A stretch of DNA of 63,504 nt, filler included, from Octopus bimaculoides (GCF_001194135.2; 7 parts of 7 records of this genome joined end to end with filler, not necessarily neighbours in it), one strand, 5' to 3'. Positions 1 through 12,712 are shown, counted from the first letter of the whole stretch. Numbers and translations: made by a program. The notes: a model not told the origin generated them from the letters alone.

Positions 1-655
1 TTTTTTTTTGCCTATGGACGCCCTTTGACTCCTAATTCACTCTACACTGGACCCTAATAAACATTTGATGCTTAAATATCCTCGTATCTGCAAGACTGCA
101 GGGAGAAAGGATGGCAGTTATGGTTTTTCCCAGGCAAGGTTGGTTGTAGGGGGTTACTTGTTCATTTGGCATGGAGGATGCTTACAGCCATTGGAATGAA
201 AAGAAAAGAGCAATGGGTGGCTGTGTGCAGGAGTGGGAGAGGCAGCTGAAAGAGCCTCTTGTTGATTTTGGAGCAAGAGGGAGGAGTTAGGGTGGGAGCC
301 CAGAGGAGATGAGAAGAAATGATTTGGCCACTTCTGCTGACCCACCAATTGGAGGGTTTTAGAGTTCAGGGTCAAAACACCCAATGAACGTTGGATACCA
401 TCTGATGACATCAGTTCCTCCTGGCAAAAGCTCCATTCACTTTGGTGAGTGGAAAAAGCGGCTCCTTCTAGGTGTTATTAATATATACTTATAATTAAAT
501 ATTATTAGGAACTGTATAATAAAAATTGTTAAAATATTGTGTGTATTGTAGAAATATTACCAATTTATTGTAGTAAAATCCTATGCACTGCCACCCACCC
601 ATCTGGGGCCATATACATCCCCAGGGATCACATGGACCCCAGTTGAGAACCAGTG
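1..655. mobile_element. hAT-type MITE split by a nested retroelement fragment (left end outside window)
   Basis: 1-83 and ~470-655 align in order to the uninterrupted related copy at ~54245-54490; right end GTTGAGAACCAGTG resembles the Charlie-like TIR. Confidence 0.7.
84..470 (+). mobile_element. 3' fragment of a HERO-like RLE-clade non-LTR retrotransposon, frameshifted
   Basis: From 91: QDCREKGWQLWFFPGKVGCRG..WRMLTAIG; after a frameshift GEAAERASC*FWSKREELGWEP. Matches the recalled HERO C-terminal motifs (VEVGCRG, AAERASxWLW). Confidence 0.75.
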
Positions 656-1214
656 AACTACAGTTTCATGTTCAATGTATGACATTGAATTTTCACATTG
701 CTCCGGTAGTAAAAAGACTGGTATCATACCCAGAGGCGGGGGGGGGATACAATTTTCACCTGTCTAATTGTATCCATGACACCTGATTCTAGTAGGATGC
801 TTACATTTGACTCCCCAATTTGCAAGATGCTGCATATAAATCTCCCTCAAATCCCACTCCCCTCATAATAAAAACTGAAAAACTCATTAGAGAATATAAT
901 GCTAAATAACCCTGAAAAGGGCAAGATGGTCATAGGTAGAAAGCCTTTTATTATAGGTGTACTTAAGGCTAACTTGTTGATTTCTATGCTGGAATTAGTT
1001 GGACAGTTTGACTAGGAATTGCACCAGGTTCCATTGTCTGTTTTAGCAGGATTTCTACAACTGGGTGTCTTTCCTAATGCCAACTATTTTACAGAGTGTA
1101 ATGAGACCTAACTCATCATCTCAGGCAGGTCACACATCTAAGAAAATACAAGGTTATTTTTTGTCAGGCCTACTATTCAGAAAGTCTTCGAGACAGCATG
1201 TTGCCCACAACTGT

Positions 1215-1400
1215 CTGGGTAAAATACTTAGGGGTATTTCATCCATCTTTACGTTCTGAGTTCAAATTACACCAAAGTTAACTGCTTTTTATTTTTTTCG
1301 AGGTTGATAGAAATACCAGTAGAGCACTGGGGTCAATGTAATCGATTTACTCCCTCTCACCAAATTGCAGGCACTGTGCCAAAATGTGAAGCTAATAATT
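1215..1400 (+). mobile_element. tRNA-derived SINE family B, partial
   Basis: TTACGTTCTGAGTTCAAATT...GAGCACTGGGGTCAATGTAATCG body shared with copies at 35-37 kb and 50.4-50.8 kb. Confidence 0.75.
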
Positions 1401-1699
1401 ACAACAGAATTCACATGAGCACAAGGAGACAATTTGCACTGAAGAAGTAGTCAATAAAATCCCTTCCAGTATGGGGGAAAGGGCAGATTTCACTGAATCA
1501 TTCAACCACTACCAAAATAAGGGAATCAAAGGCAAATTCAACTATCAGGATTTGAAATAATAGATAAAAGAACAGGCACCAAATAAAAACTAAAAATGTT
1601 TTTGGTGTTATATTTTTGATGAAATACACTGCCTTTGTTTCAAATGATTTTGAAAAGAATAAGTGTGATTTGAGAGAAAAACTGGGTATATATGTAGCA

Positions 1700-2195
1700 T
1701 CAGGGGTAGTGTGCAAGAGAGAAGACTATGCTGGTATGGCTATGTAAAGAGTATGAATGAAGAAGACAGCTGCATCAAGAGGTGTGGATCTCTAATTGTA
1801 GAGGGAATATGTGGAAGGGGTAGACCAAGGAAAACATGGGACAAAATGGTGAGAAAGGATCTACAAACGATGGGACTCACAGAGGGGATAACAGGGGACC
1901 AAGACTCCAGGCAGTTTGCTGTGCTTGAAAAGACATGTCAAGCTAAGTAAGAGCATGATTATCCTTGCATACAGGTTCATCCTTTGCAACCCTCTCCAGT
2001 AGAGCATCCCTAATCTTGTGGGCTAACAGGCATTGGTACTGTGTAAAAGCACCTAGTATATTCTCGTAAGTGGTAAGCATTAGGAAGGGCACCCAGCCAT
2101 AGAAACCATGCCAAAACTGCCTGAACAGCCCTTCAGCTGGTCAGCTCCTGTCAAATCGTTCAACCCATGCTGTTGATCTGTTGATGATGATGAAC
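1700..2195 (+). mobile_element. RTE-like LINE 3' fragment (ORF C-terminus, 3' UTR, (GAT)n tail)
   Basis: RRLCWYGYV..CGRGRPRKTW motif of RTE-type ORF ends; 3' UTR AGGAAGGGCA.CCAGC..AGAAAC and GAT tail recur across the window. Confidence 0.85.
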
Positions 2196-2345
2196 TGTCA
2201 TTTGCTAAGCTTGATAAGAAATTTTCATGCAAGTTTCAATTTAAATTACTTTAAAACAAGAAGTTTATATTATAGAACCAGGAGCAGCCTTAGGTAAGGC
2301 TGGTTTTAAAAGGGTTAAAACTAAATGCTGTTAAGATTTATGTAC

Positions 2346-2516
2346 CAAACTACTATTTCCGTTATTCCAGTCTTTACACACTGTAACAGCATTCTGCCGT
2401 CTGGTTTCACACGAACACTAAAAGGCTTTTCAATGCCTTTCACAGAGTCCACACAACTGCAAGCTTTCAGGCCAGGTCTAACAACTTCCATTTTCAGGGT
2501 CAGCAGCAATGGAAAC
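2346..2516 (-). CDS. Candidate internal coding exon, product unknown
   Basis: Acceptor CCTTTTCAAG, donor TG|GTACAT, 171 nt, phase 2-2, open: FPLLLTLKMEVVRPGLKACSCVDSVKGIEKPFSVRVKPDGRMLLQCVKTGITEIVV. No family recognised. Confidence 0.35.
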
Positions 2517-2749
2517 CTTGAAAAGGATCAAGAGGTACCACCTTTCTTCTTCCGATGAAGAATAAGAGTTATGGTTAATACTAACCTCTAAAATGTGTGT
2601 GTTGGGTGGGTGAGGGGGGGGGGATAAAGATGTAACTAAAAAGCTAGCTAATAAACTGATATTAATGAAAATTATACACAATATATTTTGAATAAGGAGT
2701 AAAAACCCGACTTCATAAAATGATACAACCAACAGTATTTGAAATCATT

Positions 2750-2885
2750 ACACAGACACGTGTGTGTGTGTGTGTATGGTGTTTGTGTGTGTATATATAT
2801 GCACACACACACGCACACGTGTTAAGAAGTTTGCTTCTACATAGAATTCTATTCCTCCTCTCAAGCGTGTGTATGTCTATGCATG

Positions 2886-2922
<37 letters not shown>

Positions 2923-3005
2923 CATACACACATGTATAAACATGTTTATGTGTGCGTGTATATACACACACACACACACACAAACATACATACATGCACA
3001 TACAT
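2750..3005. repeat. Compound (TG)n/(TA)n/(CA)n microsatellite
   Basis: Seen directly; source of spurious low-complexity ORFs. Confidence 0.95.
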
Positions 3006-3661
3006 AATGCATTCTGGTTAACAATGTCTCTCGAGACATGCATGCAATCAACAACAGTTATCAGAATTGTATTACACATATGTACTTGTCCCCATTTAAA
3101 TCATAAAAAAGAAATTATTCACAAAACACAGAAGGTAACTAAGTGAGAAAATCCACACTGAAATGGCTCCAAAGCAGCAGTAACAATCAACAACCACTTC
3201 ACATCCACCAGGGCATTTCACTGAAATGTGATTATGGATGGTGCTTATTAAAATACAGACTTAATAACTCTACAAGCGCATTTCAGTGAAAGACATTCTC
3301 CGCTAGAATGGGGGGGGAAATGAGTCATGAAAAACGTTTGGCATCTTTAATACATTGAAAGTTTTATGACTTAATGTTTTATTAACTCTTTAACATTCGT
3401 ATTAGAACTGATGGAAAATATGCTAATGTATTCCTAGAGTGATGTGCCTTGTCTAAGCTTTAACCCTTTACCATTTACGTTACTAATGGGGTTTCATATG
3501 TTGATTGATGTATTCATAATGTGCCAAGACAAAAGGTTTGATACTTAATCATTCATATTATTAATGATTTTTTACGTGGTTCTTTCTTATTAAGCCATGC
3601 GTCTAGTTGAAGGGTTTAGCACCCATATTACAATGACATTCCATGTGACGATGGATTCATA

Positions 3662-4145
3662 ATACTGTGTGGTTAAGAAGTTCAATTTGCAAACCAAGTA
3701 TTTTCAGGTTTGTTCCCACTCGGTAGCACTGTGGGCAGATGTCTTCTAGTGTCTTGGGCTAACCCAGGAGTTCTCAACCAGGGTCCATATAACATTTTTG
3801 GGCATCCACAGAACAAAATAATTAGAGATCTATATCTGTATTTTAAGGGCCTTTGAAAACTTTTTACTTTAGATGTATATATTTCAAGAAACAGTCAGGT
3901 TTCTTTCTCAAACATTTTACTTAGTTCAACCTGCACAAGTTAATGTGTGAAAAACAAAATAAGAATTTTGAAAGTCATTTCTATAAAGCTAGTTTTTAAA
4001 CATCAAATGATTTTGGGGTCCACCAGAATAAAATAGTAATCAGAGAGGTCCATAGATAAAAAATGGATGAGAACCCCTGGGTTAACCAATGCCTAGTGAA
4101 CGAAATTGAGAGAAGGCAACTGTAAGAAGTCCCTCATGTGTGCAT
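3662..4145 (+). mobile_element. Decayed SINE family A copy interrupted by a MITE
   Basis: Head TGTGTGGTTAAGAAG...GTGTCTTGGGCTAACC resumes after the MITE as AATGCCTAGTGAACGAAATTG...AAGAAGTCCC. Confidence 0.7.
3765..4079. mobile_element. hAT (Charlie-like) MITE
   Basis: TIRs CAGGAGTTCTCAACC / GGATGAGAACCCCTG; 8-bp TSD GGCTAACC vs GGTTAACC (7/8). Confidence 0.85.
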
Positions 4146-5345
4146 GTGTTTTTTGTCTTCCCTTTGCTGTAATGTTGCTTGCATGCAACTTAAAAATATC
4201 ACCGTCGATAAAATGGTGTCTTTGGTAACAATTTGCCAAGAAAACATTCAATCATTGAGTTGTTCACAGAACTAGAGGAAGTGGTCCCTTATTTGAAAAG
4301 AAATGTGGCCAGGTAACAAGAGCATAGAAAGCAGACATTAGATGATGATGATGATGATGATGAATAGGATTTTTTTAAGAACCAAATGGCTATGGGGGTC
4401 CATCTGGATAAAATAGGAATCAAACGGGTATAAGGATTTTTAAAAAATGGTTGAGAATCATGGATGTAGACGGTATCATGTCACATTCACTCAGTATGTC
4501 ACACAGACATACATGATGTTAAAGAAAACCACCAGGTCAAAAGTTAAGACAACGAGGAAGCTTCTATGCAGTCACTTCAACTGTCAGAAACAGCAGCCAA
4601 ATTGCCTTCAAATCACAAAGAACACATTGGCTAATACAGTCTGAGATAAACTATTTCTTAAGAAAAAAAAAAAATGATGACATAGCTATGACTAAAATGT
4701 ATATGGTTTAGGAAATGCTTCGTTAGGGTAGAACAGTAGATAATCAACAGTAAGAAATCTTCAGATCCCTCAGATTTTGAAAATTAATTCCATCCACAAT
4801 AGGATGGTACCCATTCCTCACTTCTGATGCGAAGTGTAGTGAAAATGATTTTGATGTCATCCAAGCGTAGTGAAGCAAGCAGAGTTGTGTTCTTTGCTTG
4901 GGGACACAACTACAGTGGTTGTAGTATTGCAAATAGTAGGAACTGGATTTGAATTCATGATGATGTACTGCTGAGATACTGAGATGTAAGCCTTTACCAA
5001 TTAGATGACAAAGTATCATGACAAGTGGCAATATTCTATATTTACAGACTTAACCAACCCACTGCCAAAACAGACATGATGTTAAAACAATAGTAACGAA
5101 GGTAATGAAACTAATGAATAACTTTTGAAGTGAGAAAGGATCAATATGTGGCTTGATGATTATGAACCTTTCAAAGATTAAATAACTGCTTCTAAAGTAC
5201 ATTTAACTCCTGCTTATGTTTAGTCCAAGCCAGCATAGAAACTGGATGTAAAATAATGATGATAACATGAAGAAATAAGGAATCAATGAAAAGTATATCT
5301 GAACCATGTGCTTCACCAAATAATCAGCCTATATTTTAAATGTAT

Positions 5346-5415
5346 AACATATGGAGTAGTGGTTAAGAGTGCAGGCTACTAACCCCAAGATTCCAAGTTC
5401 AATTCCAGGCAATGA

Positions 5416-5450
<35 letters not shown>

Positions 5451-5640
5451 GTAACAACAACATCATCAAAAAATACCTTAGGAATGAGAGCCCAGGTTCA
5501 AAATTTCTCCAAGACACCTGATGAAGGTTAGAGGGTATATCAGCCAAAACATTGTGTTAACAACAAACAAGATGAGGACAAATATCCATCAAAATGTAAA
5601 TAATGTAGATAATTCCTCATCTTTTAAATATAAAATTGTA
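5346..5640 (+). mobile_element. tRNA-headed SINE-like element with Penelope-type hammerhead tail (family D), decayed
   Basis: A-box TGGAGTAGTGG, B-box-like AAGTTCAATTCC, (TAA)n, then GACAC-CTGATGA-A-GGTTA..CAGCC-AAAAC-ATT-GTGTT at 5513-5558; colinear with 30856-31129. Confidence 0.8.
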
Positions 5641-6067
5641 TCCTATTTCTACTATCAGAGAGAAGAGCACAACGACTGTATGGTTGAGAACCCTATTTTC
5701 CAACTACATGGTTTCAGGCACCTTGAGCAAGTATCTTGTACCACAGCTGGCCTGACCAAAGCTGTGTATGTGTGTGTGTGTGTGTGAGTGTGTGTGTGTG
5801 TGTGTGAGTGAGTGTGTGCACGCACGCAAGCATGTGCGTATGCACCCATGCTTTGAGATCACACTATGGTTGTAAGTGAATGTCATTATCATACAATGTT
5901 GTTTATCCATTTCATGTAATACATGTGCAAGCCATGGAGAAATATTACCTTGCTTAGAAACAGGTGAGTTGACAATAGAAGAGGCATCCGACTATAGAAA
6001 AATCTGACTAAACAAACCTTGCCTGATCCATGCAAGACTGGAAAAGTGGGCATTAAACTGGTAACAA

Positions 6068-6137
<70 letters not shown>

Positions 6138-6160
6138 GCACACACACATACACACACGCA

Positions 6161-7779
6161 TAAAGGTGTCCCAAAAAAATATAAACACATTTTAGCAGCT
6201 GAAAACTCGATGCTTTTCTTTCCAGATTAAACCCATTGGAACTAATGGTGGTAGTCAGACTAAGCTTTGAACAAAGGAGATTCATTCTAAAATGCTACTG
6301 GAAGTGTGAAAATGCAGTCAAAGTGCAAAGACAGTTTAGGGGGTAGTTTCAAAACAGATCCACCAACGCGACTTGCCATCACTTGAATTTAGAGATAAGT
6401 TTGAAGCCGATGGAACTGTTCAGAATGTCCTGAAGAAGCATTCCAGAAAAACATGAACATCGACAACCCCAACAAAGCAAGGAGTACTGGAAATGTAGCA
6501 CCAATGTCCAAGAAAATCTGAGCGGCAAGTGAGTCGTGAGGTAGGTATTTCAAAATCGTCTGTCCAACACATTTTGAAGCTTTGTCAAAGGAAAAATTAC
6601 GTTTCAAGATTAGTCTATGCTAGTAATGATGATGATCCAGACCAAAGAGTGCAGTATTGAGAGTGGTACTTGGCACGATGTGTAGAAGATGCACACTTTC
6701 CAACAAGGATTGTGTGGAGTGATAAGGTCACATTCAAATTAAATGGTTCAATTAACTGCCACAACTGCACCTATTGGGGACTTCAGAATCCACATGTTAT
6801 GGTGGAACACCATGTTAATTTACCAGGAGTTACAGTGTGGTGTGGTTTATCATGAAGAGGATTAATTGGACCATTCTTTTTTTATGCTACTGTGATTGGT
6901 CCTGTTTACTTGAACTTGCTGCAACAGTCTATCATCCCAAGCAGTAGAGAAGGTTTTGAAGATGAAGAGTTTTATTTCAGCAAGATGGGGTACCCCCATA
7001 CTACCACCTTCCTTGAAGAGATCTTGCCAAACAAGTGGATTGAAGGAAGGGTTTCATTGAATACCCTCCGCATTCACCAGATCTCACACCACTAGACTTT
7101 TTTTTTATGGAGTGTGATGGCACCTGTGCCCAGCGTCGCCTTTCTGGCACTTGTGCCTGCGGCATGTGTAAGGACTTTCGAGCGAGATCGTTGCCAGTGC
7201 CCCTGGAATGGCTCTTGTGCGGGTGGTACATAAAATACACCATTTTGAGCATGGCTGTTGCCAGTACTGCCCTGACTGGCCTTTGTGCCGGTGGCACGTA
7301 AAAAGCACCCACTACACTCTCTGAGTGGTTGGCGTTAGGAAGAGCATCCAGCTGTAGAAACTCTGCCAAATCAGATTGGAGCCTGGTGTAGCCATCAGGT
7401 TTCACCAGTCCTCAGTCAAATCGTCCAACCCATGCTAGCATGGAAGGCGGATGTTAAATGACGATGATGATGATGATGATGATACTTAAAAGACAAAGTC
7501 TATGCTATGAAACCTGCAACAGTCACTGATTTGAGAGCAGCCATTGAACGAAAATGCACAGAAATACCAAACAAATTGACTCGTGATGTTTGTGATTCCA
7601 ATGCTTCGCATTGTCAGCAGTGCCTGGACCAGAACGGACGTCAGTGTAAAAACAGGCGCTGACAAAATAATAAAATGTCTGTAGATTGTATTAAATTTTG
7701 AAAATGAAATGTATATTTAATAAACACCTACTTTATAATTATCTAAAGTGTGTATACATTTTTGGGGGGACACCGTGTA
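6161..7779 (+). mobile_element. Tc1/mariner-superfamily transposon, rosa/DD41D-like, pseudogenised
   Basis: TIRs GGTGTCCCAAAAAA / TTTTTGGGGGGACACCGTG-TA; remnants [64 protein letters not shown]; stops and frameshifts. Confidence 0.85.
7113..7483 (+). mobile_element. LINE 3' UTR fragment with (GAT)n tail nested in the transposase gene
   Basis: Same 3' end as 1950-2195, 10567-10660 and 17437-17700; host transposase frame resumes at GATACTTAAAAGAC. Confidence 0.85.
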
Positions 7780-8551
7780 TATACAGTGTTATACTTGGGG
7801 ATGGTCATATTTGGCCAAGTAAACACATGCATCATATATTTGATTTTAACTTCAGCTCCATTATCATTATTATTTTAGTTTCAGAACACTTTTGTCACAC
7901 ATCCTGTGACCTCTTCAACAACTCTCTATCCTACATGTCTTCTCTTTTACTGCTTATTCCATTATATGCATATATATGCACGCACACAAGCCTATTTATA
8001 TATACATACATACACACACACACACACACATATATATGTACATACACATATATATATACATGCACCTATGTGTGTGTGTGTGTATACAAACATATACACA
8101 CACACACACACCTGAGTTTAATCACAGAGAAAACATTTGCTATGAATAGAAAAAACAAGAATTCCTCAAATATACAAGAACAATAATTTAGTTAAATAGA
8201 AGAGTTCTAAGTCACACAATACTGAAAATTGTCATGAGAGAAAATAAATGTGAGAAAACCACATAAAGCCCCAAAGGACCTTTTAATATTGGCATTTAGT
8301 TCTGGTTTAAGGGCATTAAGCAAATGTGATATACATTTTCTGAGAGGTTAACAAGTAATGTTTCCACCTGATTTCATACACATTCCTAACAGATATATAA
8401 ATAGTCAAGGCAATGTGGAATAATGTATTCTGAACAGAGACGCAATGAAACACTGCTCAGTGTATCTGGACTCATGTGATAGTTCAATAGCCAATATACT
8501 TGGCTATTTTACTTCTACCTAGTTATACCAGTGTAGTGTGTGTGGGAGAGG

Positions 8552-8850
8552 GGGCATGTGACTCAGTGGTTTGGGCGTTGCACTCACAATCAAGAGATCA
8601 TGGTTTCGATTCCATGATTAGACAGGGCATTGTACTTTTGCGTAAAAACACTTCATATTACATTGCTCTGTGAGCTGTTCAACATCTAACGTATGGCATA
8701 CTGTGCACCTGTACAGCTAATGTCGATTCAATGGAGGGTATGAGCTCAGGTATGGCACAAACATTTGATCACTATAAAAGGATCGTCCATGCAGGTTGTT
8801 CAGCAAGAAATTGCGCAATTCTTTCTCAGACTACCAAGAAGTATTCCGAT
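8552..8850 (+). mobile_element. tRNA-derived SINE family C, decayed
   Basis: GGGGCATGTGACTCAGTGGTT head and GGTTTCGATTCC B-box; related to 14780-15005, 30472-30685 and 31180-31370. Confidence 0.65.
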
Positions 8851-9024
8851 GACATATAAATTATCTGCAAACCTTTACACAAATAATGAAGATAAGGCCA
8901 TAGACTTAATGTCTTTAACTGTATACTGGCTACCTGCTCTTAACTTAGGAAAAACAAAGGATATATTTGATAACATAGTACTTGGTAAATCATATCTGAA
9001 CTACCTTTGATTATAGGTCTATAC

Positions 9025-9548
9025 CAGTGGTTCCCAAACTTTTTAGAAATGCGACCCACTATTTATGACACCAGTTTATGGCGACCCACTTAACTCTACT
9101 GGGTAAAACATTAATGAAAGAAACAAATTTATTTCAGATTACATTTTCATTGAGGCGTTTTTTATAACTGTTTCAACGTCTCCATACCCTATGGGCAGGT
9201 ATTAACTCTAATAGAAAACCTCAAAGCAGTAACTGTTATCGGTTCGATCAGTGTTGTACTGTGCCTAGTTAAAGTTCTCTATAAATAGGTAAAAACAGAC
9301 TTTTCCTTTTTATGATTACGTACGAATAAAGAACTTGAGAAAATGACCACCTCTGATTTGTTAAGTTCGTGAAAAAAGCCTACTGCTTGATAAAACAACC
9401 AGTCTGATATTGAAAACATGAGTCTTGAACTATCTCGATAGACAGCAGTTAATCAAAGCTAATGTGTAATTTTATAACTTTTTGCGACCCACTAGGATTC
9501 TGTTCACGACCCATCAGTGGGTCGCGACTCATAGTTTGGGAACCGCTG
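9025..9548. mobile_element. hAT (Charlie-like) MITE, 524 bp, intact ends
   Basis: TIRs CAGTGGTTCCCAAACT / AGTTTGGGAACCGCTG; perfect 8-bp TSD GTCTATAC. Confidence 0.95.
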
Positions 9549-10162
9549 GTCTATACAATCAGGGCTGACCTGGGATAAAAACAGTTGCAACAGCTCTGCT
9601 TAGAAACTGGTATTTTACACGGCTTTTTTATGGTAGAAACCATTGCAACCCTTTTGTATGTATATTTCTAACAAAATTCTAACCCTAGATTTTAATTAAA
9701 CTTTTCCGTGTATTGGTTTATAAACATAACTAAAAAAAGATTTCTGCATATATATATCAAAATGGAAAATTTCAATTAAAGACAGGAGTACTTGAAAACA
9801 GACAGTTCAATATCATGGAAACCAAAGAGTAGTCTCAGGTGGACTGATATCAAAAAAGGCTAATTGCTGAACACCACTTCTGTTTTTCACCTCACTGGTC
9901 AGTCCAATTAAAGTATATCAATCATTAATAATCTAAAATTTTATTTGCTTATCATAATTATTTATTTACAGAGATGAAACTGAAAGATGCAGACAGAGCA
10001 ATCTCAATGGATAACCACCACTTAAAAATCTGACTGGCTGACATGAGAATATCTCCTACAAAATAACATTACAAAAGATGCATACAGTACATTTTCATGA
10101 CTATACTAAATTCCAGCTTTCACCAATTCCCTTGAATAACATGGTTAGTTCCTAAGATTTAA

Positions 10163-10363
10163 CCCATTAGCATTTAAACTGGTCATATCCGGCCAATATA
10201 TTTTGCCTGCTTTATGTTTAAACTGACAAGATCCAGCCTCTCACACCTACCCTACAATGTCATTCTAAAACTGAAAGCTATGAGATAATGCTTGTTTAAT
10301 TGAAATTGATTAATGTAAATAAATAGGCATTATATTTGACAGAATAATTCAAATGTTAAAGGG
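10163..10363. mobile_element. TTAA-flanked MITE (piggyBac-like ends)
   Basis: TTAA-CCCATTAGCATTT ... AAATGTTAAAGGG-TTAC; same family as 12967-13183. Confidence 0.75.
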
Positions 10364-10699
10364 TTACACAATTTGATCCTTCTTGCCCCACATGTAAAGC
10401 TCTTAGCTCTACAACCTCTCACACATACAAAAAGACATGGTCACGAAGGTAAACAGACACCTTCAATAACCACTTTAGCGCTTTTTTATATATAATCATT
10501 TTAAAAATTTACACCTTAGTTTCCAAGTGTCAAAATTCACAAGTGCTCTAACATTTAACTAACAAGAGCCTGGTGTAGCCATCTGGTTCACCAGTCCTCA
10601 GTCAAATCGTCCAACCCATGCTAGCATGGAAAGCGGACGTTAAACGATGATGATAATGATTACTGGTTTCAGTCATTAGATTACAGACAATCTAGGGAC

Positions 10700-10986
10700 C
10701 ACCATGAAAGGTTTAGTTGAACAAATCAACCTCAATACTTTTTCCCCCCTCAGCCTGGTAATTGTTCTATTGGTCTCTTTATGCTAAACAGCGAAGTTAC
10801 AAAGATGTAAACAAACAAACACAAATACACACACACAATGAGCCTCTCTTAGTTTCTGTTCACCAAATCCACTCACACAACAATGATTGGCCAAAGGCTA
10901 TAGTAGAAGACACTTGTCCCAAGATGTCATGCAGTGGAACTGAACCTGGAACCATGTGGTTGGGAAGCAGACTTCTTATCACATAG
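10700..10986 (-). mobile_element. SINE family A, decayed
   Basis: Reverse complement of head and body (GGCTATAGTAGAAGACACTTG..GGAACCATGTGGTTGG). Confidence 0.8.
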
Positions 10987-11499
10987 TGATACAATTCCTC
11001 CATGACAACAAAGTCTCTAGATTAAAACATAAAACCTTGAGGTCAGAAGATAATTTCCACTCAACAATCAAACAAGATGTCTTACCAAGCCTTTAATTTA
11101 AGCTCATCAAAGACAGAACAACCAAGAAGATAACTACCTTACATCATTCTCTGTTTAGAGACTTCAGTTATTCTGCAGTGTGTTTGAGCTGTATATATAA
11201 TTCTCCATCACTCATTTCACCAAATTCCCAGGAAAAGCTACCAGATTACTGAGAAATGCTATCAGCAATAGAAATGGCAGTTTTCATCTTCAAGATTCTT
11301 CTGTACACCAGTTGAAGCAGTAACATTTGTTAATTCCTCTCCAAGATTTCCTGTAGCTGTTTCTTATGAAATACAAAGCTTATCTGCTTCAATTAATCGT
11401 AAAAATATTAATTTGGAGAAATAAATTATTTCATTATAAAATGATCTTCCACAGGAGGATCTGAAAGTCAGCACTGAAAACTAAGACAATTTTCTGTGC

Positions 11500-12090
11500 T
11501 TAAAGCAAGGGTCAGCATTGAGAGCTTCATGCCAGTTTTCTCCATTTTGCTCAATCTTTTATGTCCTACCCTAACACAAACCAACCACCCTGCTGCTCTT
11601 ATTCCCTTCCCTGTTAGTCACATCAATCTCAGCTATTCTCTGCTTCTGTATCCTTCCACATCCATTCCAATCACTCTTCTCATTCAGCCGACTCATTCCA
11701 TTTTTTTGTTAATCATCAACCGTCAATATCAATCCTTGTAATTCACCATTTCCCTTCCTCTCTCTCAGCAAAAGTTCACTCATCCGTTGAGCCATTCCTT
11801 TCTTTTCTTTCCAGAAGACTTTTCTCAGCTCCATATTCATCACCCATCTCACACTCACATAAATCATAGCTAAGACATCTCAATGTTTCTATTCCTCCCT
11901 CTCAGCAATACTTCGCTCATACACCGAACCAATCCTTTCCATTCTGGCCAGAAGCCCTTTGTCAGCTTCATATTCATCACTCATGTCACACTCACATAAA
12001 TCATAGCTAAGACTTTTCACACATGTGGCATAACATCTCTCCCTTCAATGTTAGCAATATTTCCCACATCAGTAGCAAGCCACTCAGTAC
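11500..12090 (-). mobile_element. Highly decayed RTE-like LINE C-terminus with internal ~137-bp tandem duplication
   Basis: Minus strand RRVIGMDVEGYRSRE resembles the RTE VEG.R.RGRP motif; 11760-11885 repeats at 11897-12022. Confidence 0.5.
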
Positions 12091-12287
12091 CTAGAACTTT
12101 TTCCATGAACACATGCTACCATCACAGAGTACAATTCACTTACTCCCTTCAATAAACCAACTAGGTAACAAAATGTCTCAATACTTCCCATCTTCATACC
12201 ATTTCCAAGATTCAGCTCAGTATTTAAACTGACCACATTCAGCCTCTCAAACCTACCCCACAATGTCATTCTAAAAATAAACTATAT

Positions 12288-12445
12288 AGGTGCAAGCTGT
12301 GTGGTAAGAAGCTTGCTTCCCAACCACATGGTTCCAGGTTCAGTTCCATTGTGTGATACTTTGGGCAAGTGTCTTCTACTATAGCTTCAGGCTGACCAAA
12401 GCCTTGTGAGTGGATTTGGTAAACAGAAACTGAAAGAAGCCCGTC

Positions 12446-12504
<59 letters not shown>

Positions 12505-12712
12505 TGTATGTATTTATGTCTGTGCTTGTCCCCTCGCCATCGCTTCACAACCGATGTTGGTGTGTTTACATACCCATAACTTAGCGGTTCAGCAAGAGAT
12601 TGATAGAATAAGTACTTGGCTTACAAAGAATAAGTCCTGGGGGTCGATGTGTTCAATTAAAGGTGGTGCTCCAGCATGGCCGCAGTCAAATGATTGAAAC
12701 AAGTAAAAGAGG
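12288..12712 (+). mobile_element. SINE family A, near full length
   Basis: GCTGTGTGGTAAG head, B-box GGTTCAGTTCC, internal (TG/TA)n, tail GCATGGCCGCAGTCAAATGATTGAAACAAGTAAAAG. Confidence 0.9.

Noticed and set aside
9970-10055. Other AG...GT-bounded open segments (9970-10055 minus, 26387-26518 plus, ~30120-30200 minus, 38232-38298 minus)
   Set aside because: No recognisable protein, inconsistent strands; pseudo-exons are common at this length.
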